Positions 57,439 through 64,000 of a DNA stretch of 64,000 nt are shown in pieces (the stretch's first letter is position 1; every line of letters starts with the position of its first letter). The notes beneath the pieces are model-generated. The model saw nothing but the letters and a program-made list of their open reading frames with translations. It was not told where the DNA came from and made no database searches. Origin of the DNA: Candidatus Latescibacterota bacterium (GTDB lineage: Bacteria > Latescibacterota > UBA2968 > UBA8231); assembly GCA_965217585.1 (NCBI GenBank), contig OZ244561.1:4864001-4928000 (forward strand), read 5' to 3'. The translations under genes were made by a program, and so were the position numbers.

Positions 57439-59070
57439 CTAGACCATGTGGCCGTGCTGTCCTCGCATGTAGAAGGTGCCGTCCCGGTTCATGCCGGGGA
57501 ATCTCCACGCACCGGGGCTGATGGGCCAAGGCAGGACATCGGCGCGATCTGCCCATTCGCGGTAGCGCTTTTCCATTTCTGCGACTCTCGCTTTTTCTCG
57601 CTCCGCTAGGTCGTTGAGTTCGGTGCGATCCTCTTCCATGTTGTAGAGTTCCCAGCCGCCTTGGCCGCTGGTTTCGCAGACCAGTTTCCACGGCCCGATG
57701 CGGATGGCGGCATTGCCCTCGTGCTCCCAGTACATAGGCTTTTCGCGCGACCACTCGCGGCCTGCGAGGAGGGCGAGAAAGCTCTCACCTTCGAGGGGGG
57801 TAATGGCGTGGCCGTCGTATTCGGCCGGATAGGAAGCGCCGGCTGCGTCGATGAGGGTGGCGGTGATGTCGATGATTTGGGCGGGGGCGTGCGTCAGGTC
57901 GGGTTGCTTGATGGTGGCAGGCCAGCGGATGATGCAGGGGGTGGCGATGCCGCCTTCGTGGACCCAGCGCTTGTAGCGGCGGAAGGGGGTGGTGCTGACA
58001 TTGGCCCAGGGCACGTCGTAGCTCATGTAGGTGTCCGGGGCACCGGGCATCAGACCGGGGATGTTGCCCATTTGCACCGGCCGCCCGTCGTGGGTTGTGA
58101 GGCCCTTTAAGAAGACCCAGTCGATGCGGTTGCCATCCTCGCACAAGAATTCAGCGCAGCCGCCGTTGTCCGAGAGGAAAACGACCAACGTATTGTCCTC
58201 TATGTCGAGCTCGCGGAGTTTGTCGAGGATGCGGCCGATGCCTTGGTCCATGCGACCGACTTGAGCTGCGTACACGGCCATGCGCCGGTCTTCCCAGTCC
58301 GGGTCGGCCGCTTCATTATAGGGGGGTGCGTCCTCGTCGCGGGGCGATATGTCCCAGTGGGAGCTGACGATTTCTAGGTCTTTGAGCGTTTCGTGGCGGG
58401 CGGTGCGCGCCGCGTCCCAGCCGCCTTTGCGGTACTGGCCTTGGTAGCGGGCGATGTCCTCCTCAAAGGCGTGGAGCGGCCAGTGCGGTGCCGTGTAGGC
58501 GACGTACATGAAGAAGGGCTGGTCGGCGCTTGCGGAGATGAAGTCAACGGCGTGGTCGGAGATGGCGTCGGTGAGGTAGAAGTCGGTGGGATTGGAGGCG
58601 ATAGGGGTGCCGTCGAGGGTGCAGGTGCGTCCGCCAAAGTAGCCGCTGTTGGTCCCGAGACCAAAGAGGCGGTCGAAGCCGTGCTGCATCTCGGGGGGTA
58701 TGTCGGCGCTGTCGGGTCTTTTGCCGCAGTGCCACTTGCCCGACATTAGGGTGCGATAGCCGCGTTCCTTGAGCACTTGGGCGATGGTGACGGCCGAGTG
58801 GCGCAGGTAGCCGCCGTAACCGGGGGCGTTGGGGATGCCGCCGGCCATGTGGCCGATCCCGGCTTGGTGCGGATAGAGGCCGGTCAGCAAGGCCGCGCGC
58901 GAGGGGCAGCAGCGGGCGAAATTGTACATCTGCGAGAAGCGCAGGCCCTCGGCGGCGAGGCCGTCTAGGTTGGGGGTGCGGATTTCGGAGCCGTAGCAGC
59001 CGAGGTCGGAATAGCCCATGTCGTCGGCGAGGATGAGGACGATGTTGGGGCGCTGGGAAGCGGTGGTCAT
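57439..59070 (-). CDS. Arylsulfatase (Cys-type S1 sulfatase)
   Basis: RPNIVLILADDMGYSD, CCPSRAALLTG, GKWH, YTAPHWP, SDNG, EGG. Confidence 0.95.
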   Translation of the reverse strand: MTTASQRPNIVLILADDMGYSDLGCYGSEIRTPNLDGLAAEGLRFSQMYNFARCCPSRAALLTGLYPHQAGIGHMAGGIPNAPGYGGYLRHSAVTIAQVLKERGYRTLMSGKWHCGKRPDSADIPPEMQHGFDRLFGLGTNSGYFGGRTCTLDGTPIASNPTDFYLTDAISDHAVDFISASADQPFFMYVAYTAPHWPLHAFEEDIARYQGQYRKGGWDAARTARHETLKDLEIVSSHWDISPRDEDAPPYNEAADPDWEDRRMAVYAAQVGRMDQGIGRILDKLRELDIEDNTLVVFLSDNGGCAEFLCEDGNRIDWVFLKGLTTHDGRPVQMGNIPGLMPGAPDTYMSYDVPWANVSTTPFRRYKRWVHEGGIATPCIIRWPATIKQPDLTHAPAQIIDITATLIDAAGASYPAEYDGHAITPLEGESFLALLAGREWSREKPMYWEHEGNAAIRIGPWKLVCETSGQGGWELYNMEEDRTELNDLAEREKARVAEMEKRYREWADRADVLPWPISPGAWRFPGMNRDGTFYMRGQHGHMV

Positions 59071-59149
59071 GGAGGGACTCCTCTGGGTGGATTTTCTTTT
59101 TAGGCCCTAATCAAATCACAAACAACTAGAGAGCCAATTGAGGTGTCAA

Positions 59150-60589
59150 ATGAATGTACTGCACATCCTCTCCGATCAGCACCAAGCGGCTTGCATGGGC
59201 TGCGAAGGCCACGCGCAGGCGCTGACGCCCAACATGGATCGGCTGGCCAGCGAGGGTATGCGCTTTTCAGCGGCGTACACCCAGAATCCGATCTGTACGC
59301 CCAGCCGGATGAGCATGTATACGGGACAGTACTGCCACAACCACGGCTTCTTCGGTCTGGGCGGGCCGCGTCCGGAGGGGATGCAGAGTTTTCTCGGTCA
59401 TTTTAAGCAGCACGGGTACAGGACGGCGGTGATCGGCAAGACGCACGTGCCCAATCAGCCGCGCGACTGGCTTTTGGACCATGTTGACTACTGGATGTCT
59501 GGCACTTCGACGCCGGTGCCGGCCGCGGGCGGTCTGTCGCCGTATCAAACGTTTCTGGCGGGTGCCGGTCTGTTGGAGCAAAACGACAACTTCCGCATCA
59601 CCGGCTACCCAGCCCTCCACCCGGTTGGTCTGCCCCAGAACCAGTTCCGCGCTCGGCCATCGGAGCTGCCGCTGGAGTACAATGTTGAGAGCTGGTGCGT
59701 GGATCGGGCGATTGAATTTATGGAGGGGTGTGAGGGAGACCCTTTCTGTATGCAGGTTTCGCTGCCGCGACCGCACGCACCCTATACGCCAGACCAGAAG
59801 TTCTGGGACCTGTATACAGACGACATCGCGCTGCCGGAGACCTATTACCAGGATCCGTCGGGACGCCCGCCGCACTTCCGCGACATGCACGCGAGGTTTC
59901 AGCGGGCTTGGGAGGGGGAGGCATGGTCGCCGGAGGAGGGGGCGCGCAACATCTGGCGCGGCTATCTGGGCTGCGTGACGCAGGTTGACTACTGCATTGG
60001 CCGCCTTTTGGACTACCTCGACGAACGTGGCTTGGCCGAAGATACGATCGTCGTCTATAACTCCGACCACGGCGCGTACAGCACTGCTTTTGGCATTCAG
60101 GAAAAGGCCCCTGGGATATGCTCGGAGGCGGTGTGTCGGGTGCCGATGCTCTGGCGGGTGCCGGGCGTTGCGGCCAAGGGCAGGGTTTGCGACGCGCTGG
60201 TGGAAAACGTCGATTTGGCCCCGACGTTTATGAACCTCTGTGGGTTGCCGGCGATGGAGAGCATGGACGGGGCGGATATCAGCGGTCTCTTGCGGGGTGG
60301 AATCGATCCGGTGCATGAGGTAGCGGTCACTGAGCACCGGCACAGCAAGGCGCTGCGCTGGGGTAGGTGGCGCTATGTGCATTATCAGCCGGAGAATTTT
60401 GGGGCCGACTGCGGCGAGCTTTACGACTTGGAGGCCGATCCGCACGAAGCTCGCAATTTGTACGGCGAGCCGGCGTTCCAAGAGATTGTCGAGCAGGGCG
60501 AGAAGCTCCTGTGCCACTGGCTGATCTCGACGCGGCAGTATCGCACGGCGTTTTTGGTGGGGGCGTGGAACGAGACTAATTACGCCTGA
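59150..60589 (+). CDS. Sulfatase-like hydrolase (Cys-type)
   Basis: NVLHILSDQH, TPNMDRLA, CTPSRMS, GKTH, PHAP, SDHG, ELYDLEADP. Confidence 0.92.
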   Translation: MNVLHILSDQHQAACMGCEGHAQALTPNMDRLASEGMRFSAAYTQNPICTPSRMSMYTGQYCHNHGFFGLGGPRPEGMQSFLGHFKQHGYRTAVIGKTHVPNQPRDWLLDHVDYWMSGTSTPVPAAGGLSPYQTFLAGAGLLEQNDNFRITGYPALHPVGLPQNQFRARPSELPLEYNVESWCVDRAIEFMEGCEGDPFCMQVSLPRPHAPYTPDQKFWDLYTDDIALPETYYQDPSGRPPHFRDMHARFQRAWEGEAWSPEEGARNIWRGYLGCVTQVDYCIGRLLDYLDERGLAEDTIVVYNSDHGAYSTAFGIQEKAPGICSEAVCRVPMLWRVPGVAAKGRVCDALVENVDLAPTFMNLCGLPAMESMDGADISGLLRGGIDPVHEVAVTEHRHSKALRWGRWRYVHYQPENFGADCGELYDLEADPHEARNLYGEPAFQEIVEQGEKLLCHWLISTRQYRTAFLVGAWNETNYA

Positions 60590-60624
60590 GAAGTTCTCGT
60601 TCGCTTTGACTCAGGAAGCAACAA

Positions 60625-61074
60625 ATGCATTCGAATCCGCCAAAACATATCGTTGCTGCTGGAATGCTCGTGGAACGGGGAGACGAGGTTCTGCTGGTTA
60701 GAACAGAACGAAGGGGTTGGGAGTTTCCAGGTGGTCAAATCGAAGAGGGTGAGTCCGTCCTTGATGGGGTCATCCGCGAGGTCAGAGAAGAGGCCAACAT
60801 CGTGGCTTCGGCTGATCGACTTGTCGGCGTGTATAGCAACCTCAGCAATCATCGAGTGATCTTCGATTTTCTTGGTTCTTGGTTGTCTGGGGACGCTCGG
60901 ATAGGAGAAGAGACGCTCGATGTTGCATGGGTCGAAAAGACAGAGGCTGGTAAGATGATAGATTCCCCTATTTACAGCCGAAGGCTTCAGCAGCTTTTGT
61001 CATTTGATGGACGGGTTTTGTTCCAGTCGTACACGACACCTCCTTTCACGGTACGTGCTCAGAAGTTTGTATAG
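60625..61074 (+). CDS. NUDIX hydrolase
   Basis: Nudix box GGQIEEGESVLDGVIREVREEANI. Confidence 0.92.
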   Translation: MHSNPPKHIVAAGMLVERGDEVLLVRTERRGWEFPGGQIEEGESVLDGVIREVREEANIVASADRLVGVYSNLSNHRVIFDFLGSWLSGDARIGEETLDVAWVEKTEAGKMIDSPIYSRRLQQLLSFDGRVLFQSYTTPPFTVRAQKFV

Positions 61075-61089
61075 AGAGTTCTGGAGATC

Positions 61090-61770
61090 ATGAAAGCGGT
61101 TCTATTCGATTTGTTTGAAACGCTGGTGACACAGAAGTATGCAGATCGCCCTACTGAACAATCATTCGTCGATAAACTGGGATTGAATTTGGATGATGTG
61201 CGAACGTGGTGGGGGGATCACGAGAGAGAACGGATGACGGGTAAGTTTGCTACCTATCAGGAAATGTTGTCCGCGTTGTGCGGCTCGCTGGGATCTTCAG
61301 TCGAAAGTGCGACGATTGAGGAAATCAGTAGCGATCGGTTGCGACGTAAGCGGGAGTACCTGCTTGGTGTGGACGCTGAAATGCTGCAAGTACTTTCGCA
61401 GCTTCGTTCAAATGGCTGGACGATTGGGATTGTTAGCAATGCTACTCCGGACGAGGTGGCCGATTGGTCCGAATGCCCGCTCCGCGATGTAGTGGATGAT
61501 GCTGTTTTTTCATGTCAAATAGGCTATATGAAACCCGATCCTGAAATCTACAATTTGGCATGCGAGCGTCTCGGCATTTCGCCAACTAAAACTGTATTCG
61601 TCGGAGATGGAGGATTTGATGAGCTTCAGGGTGCTGCCGCAGTTGGTATGCTGCCTGTACAAGCCCGGTGGTATTATTTGCGGGAGATCGAATGGAATGC
61701 CATACCAGAATTGAGCTGCATCGACAGGATTGACGACCTGTTCCATCAACTTGAGTGTATGGTGTCCTGA
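61090..61770 (+). CDS. HAD family hydrolase
   Basis: FDLFETL, IVSN, KPDPEIY, FVGDG. Confidence 0.92.
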   Translation: MKAVLFDLFETLVTQKYADRPTEQSFVDKLGLNLDDVRTWWGDHERERMTGKFATYQEMLSALCGSLGSSVESATIEEISSDRLRRKREYLLGVDAEMLQVLSQLRSNGWTIGIVSNATPDEVADWSECPLRDVVDDAVFSCQIGYMKPDPEIYNLACERLGISPTKTVFVGDGGFDELQGAAAVGMLPVQARWYYLREIEWNAIPELSCIDRIDDLFHQLECMVS

Positions 61771-61937
61771 ACAGGATTAAGACGAGACCCGAGGAGGCAA
61801 TATGTACGAGCAATTAGAAATACACTACGAGGGACAGACGGAGTTTGTCGCCACGGACCAGCAGCGCAAGTCCTTGCGGTTGTTCGTCGCTTGTCCGGCG
61901 GGCTTGGAAGCTGGGGCCGACGTGCGAGTTTCGATCA

Positions 61938-62093
61938 CGCAGAGAGCTCATCATTGGACACTCTGGTAGGAACCACTTGCTTTTAGTATGCTTCTCTGAG
62001 CATGACGATGCCATCCGCATTATCAGTGCTCGTCAAGCAACAAGGAGGGAACGTAGAGATTATGAAGAATACCAAATCCAGCGCCGCGGATGA
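61938..62093 (+). pseudogene. brnT: 3' half of a BrnT-family toxin
   Basis: RELIIGHS..LLLVCFSE..IRIISARQATRRERRDYEE; N-terminal half replaced by repeat copy 1. Confidence 0.75.
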
Positions 62094-62286
62094 GATGCGA
62101 GATGAATACCAGTTCGACTACGGTAAGGCGAAGCCTAATCGTTTTGCAGACAAAATTGGACCAGATCAATTGATGGTCGTTCTCGATCAAGATGTCGCGG
62201 CGGTATTCAAGACTCCTGAATCCGTTAACCAAGTACTGCGGGCGATTATCACTTCAATGACAATCGCAGAAAAAGGCGATCTCTGA
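62062..62286 (+). CDS. BrnA-like antitoxin
   Basis: DEMRDEYQFDYGKAKPNRFA..VVLDQDVAAVF..VNQVLR; overlaps the brnT end; RBS AAGGAGG. Confidence 0.75.
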   Translation: MKNTKSSAADEMRDEYQFDYGKAKPNRFADKIGPDQLMVVLDQDVAAVFKTPESVNQVLRAIITSMTIAEKGDL

Positions 62287-62343
62287 GACCAAAGCGCCGG
62301 TCACTCCGGCGACCTCGGACAATACCACTGGCGGAGTTGCACT

Positions 62344-64000
62344 ATGTACGAGCAATTAGAAATACACTACGAGGGGCAGACGGAATTCGTCGCCACGGAC
62401 CAGCAGCGCAAGCCCTTGCGGCTGTTCGTCACTTGTCCGGCGGGCCTAGAAGCTGGTGCCGATGTGCGCGTTTCGATCAGCGCGTTCCATTCCTTTTCCC
62501 GTAAGTGGACGCTTGAAGATCCTTTTGTCGAAGGGGGCGAGGGCGTGGTGGTGATAGGGCATGGGTTGGCGTGCGACTGGACCGATATGACGCGGGGCGG
62601 CGACGGTCCGGCCGGAGGCGGGTTGGTGGGGAGGCCGATCAACGAGCTCTACTTGTGTACCATTCAGGTCACCAAGGCGCTAAGCGCGGGAGCGCGGCTG
62701 GTCTTTCCATTTGGCGTGGTGCCGTCGCCACATGCGGATATAAGTGGTGCTTTGCAAGTGCGGGTGCGGCGACCCGAAGCTGAAGTTTTCGAGAAAGTGG
62801 GAGACCCCATTCCACTGAGCAACACTCCTGGCCCCCTGACGCGGCTGGAAGGACGTATCTCTGCTACGGCGGATGCGGAGGGAAGGCGTAGGGTCGTAGT
62901 TTTCGCGACGGACGATCATCTCAATCCGATAGCCTCCTACCGGGGGACGGTGGCTGTGCAGGCCGACGGCGCGGTCGCCGGGCTGCCCGATGAGGTAGAA
63001 ATTGGTGCCGATGGGCGTGGCGTGGTCGAGGGCGTTGAAGTGCAGGCCGATGGTCCCGTTCGCATTGCAGTGCGCGATGTAGAACGCGGTTTAGAAGCAC
63101 GGAGCGGTCCGGCGCAGGCGGTCGGCGAGCGCGGTCACTACTTCGGCGGCATCCACTTCCACACGCGGCTTTCGGTGGACGGCGACCGAGATCCGCGCGC
63201 GGCATACGCCTATGCCCGCGACTTTCTCAACCTCGACGTGGTTGCGATGACCGACCACGCACCGATTGGCCCCGGATGGGCCGAGTGCTTGGCGGTCAAT
63301 GAGGAATTTTACGAGCCGGGTCGCTTTGTGACGATTCCCGCGTGGGAAAGCTCCAACGCCTATGGGCACGCCAACCTCTATCTGCGCACGCCGGAAGTCG
63401 ATGGCGGCACTTGGCACTGGAAACCGGAGCTTTGCCCCTCGGAAGTGGTTTGGGACCAAGACGTGGTCATGGTGCCGCACCATCCCAACTGCGGACAGCC
63501 CATCGAATACGGCAAGCACCGCGAGGTCATGGGCAAGACGTTTTACTGGTCTCAATACCACTGGGAATTCCCCAACAAGCGGGCCAGATTGGTGGAAATC
63601 GTCCAGGGGCGGGGCAATTTTGAAGCCGACGCGCTAGATGATTACTGGGGTATTCGCATAGGCGGATTGGGTGCTGCGGTGCAGGATGCTTTTGCCCAAG
63701 GCTGGCGCTTGGGGTTTGTGGCCGGGACCGATAACCACCAGGGACACCCGACGCAAAATCCGGGGGGCTATGTGGGGATGACCTGTTTCCGGGCGACGGA
63801 ATTGACCCGCGAGGCCGTGTGGCAGGCGATGGACGAGCGTTGGACCTACGCGACTTCGGGCGTGCCGATTATCTGCGACTATGCGGTCAATGGCGTGCGC
63901 TCGGGCGCGGAGGGTGCGTTGGCGGAAGGAGAAAAGGTGCATTTCTCCGCCAGTCTGCACGGGACCGCGCCGATTGAGCGGGTGGAGATCATTGCCAACG
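62344..64000 (+). CDS. DUF3604 / PHP-like metallohydrolase, 3'-partial (absent from the ORF track)
   Basis: Open frame to the window end; HYFGGIHFHTRLS.DG, YARDFLNLD..AMTDH, GHANLY, PHH, GFVAGTDNHQGHP, R.TYATSG. Confidence 0.85.
   Translation, partial: MYEQLEIHYEGQTEFVATDQQRKPLRLFVTCPAGLEAGADVRVSISAFHSFSRKWTLEDPFVEGGEGVVVIGHGLACDWTDMTRGGDGPAGGGLVGRPINELYLCTIQVTKALSAGARLVFPFGVVPSPHADISGALQVRVRRPEAEVFEKVGDPIPLSNTPGPLTRLEGRISATADAEGRRRVVVFATDDHLNPIASYRGTVAVQADGAVAGLPDEVEIGADGRGVVEGVEVQADGPVRIAVRDVERGLEARSGPAQAVGERGHYFGGIHFHTRLSVDGDRDPRAAYAYARDFLNLDVVAMTDHAPIGPGWAECLAVNEEFYEPGRFVTIPAWESSNAYGHANLYLRTPEVDGGTWHWKPELCPSEVVWDQDVVMVPHHPNCGQPIEYGKHREVMGKTFYWSQYHWEFPNKRARLVEIVQGRGNFEADALDDYWGIRIGGLGAAVQDAFAQGWRLGFVAGTDNHQGHPTQNPGGYVGMTCFRATELTREAVWQAMDERWTYATSGVPIICDYAVNGVRSGAEGALAEGEKVHFSASLHGTAPIERVEIIAN

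Larger units (their letters stand above)
61802..62479 (+). repeat. 136-bp imperfect direct repeat (61802-61937 and 62344-62479) = 5' end of the DUF3604-like gene
   Basis: Both copies encode MYEQLEIHYEGQTEFVATDQQRK.LRLFV.CPAGLEAGADVRVSI; 11 mismatches. Confidence 0.92.

Noticed and set aside
59267-60517. 416-aa antisense ORF, and similar long shadow ORFs (13269-14183, 8641-9588, 49609-50646, 16432-17166)
   Set aside because: They lie opposite well-supported genes, have no motifs, and are expected in GC-rich DNA with strong codon bias.
60590-62343. Integron cassette array (NUDIX, HAD, TA, lower GC)
   Set aside because: Intergenic gaps are short, no convincing attC (RYYYAAC..GTTRRRY) sites were found, and there is no integrase.
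1-64000. Complete DGR, retron, CRISPR array, tRNA/rRNA or prophage
   Set aside because: No RT motifs, regularly spaced repeats, structural RNA signatures or phage hallmark genes were recognised by eye.
1-64000. TAG stop-codon reassignment suggested by frequent CTAG
   Set aside because: The CTAGs are CTA-G Leu contexts or antisense. Many genes end properly at TAG and no in-frame TAG interrupts conserved domains.

Overview
GC-rich bacterial chromosome segment. The gene content (FlgD-Ig/T9SS-like tails, 'TAVE..SWG.IK' tails, ASPIC/UnbV proteins, sulfatases, PhyH dioxygenases, uncharacterised beta-propellers) resembles Ca. Latescibacterota or related FCB/PVC lineages; this taxonomy is inference only. 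Layout: (1) 1-1.8 kb, a lower-GC ABC/AAA-ATPase plus small partner, possibly a defence pair. (2) 1.9-30.5 kb, a catabolic region with six paralogous beta-propeller hydrolase-like genes, two PhyH dioxygenases, a GH95-like glycosidase, a nitrilase, a dipeptidase and a DUF6785-type membrane protein. It is interrupted by a BlaI/BlaR1 pair with a perfect 38-bp operator and an FGE/C-lectin lipoprotein whose 3' end looks like a DGR variable region. (3) 30.5-54.5 kb, the most notable part: a ~19 kb operon of uncharacterised envelope proteins (giant TPR, DUF4159, lipoprotein with TonB-C/AgmX domain, two FlgD-tailed paralogs, three ~900-aa Asp-rich putative outer-membrane paralogs). It is divergent from an ExbB/ExbD/ExbD motor whose exbB is split by an IS701-family element. 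(4) 54.5-64 kb, deletion scars, a solute-binding protein, two sulfatases, NUDIX/HAD genes, a decayed BrnT/BrnA module between 136-bp repeats, and a DUF3604-like gene running off the end. No rRNA, tRNA, CRISPR array or reverse transcriptase was seen. All family calls come from motif recognition by eye, not database searches.
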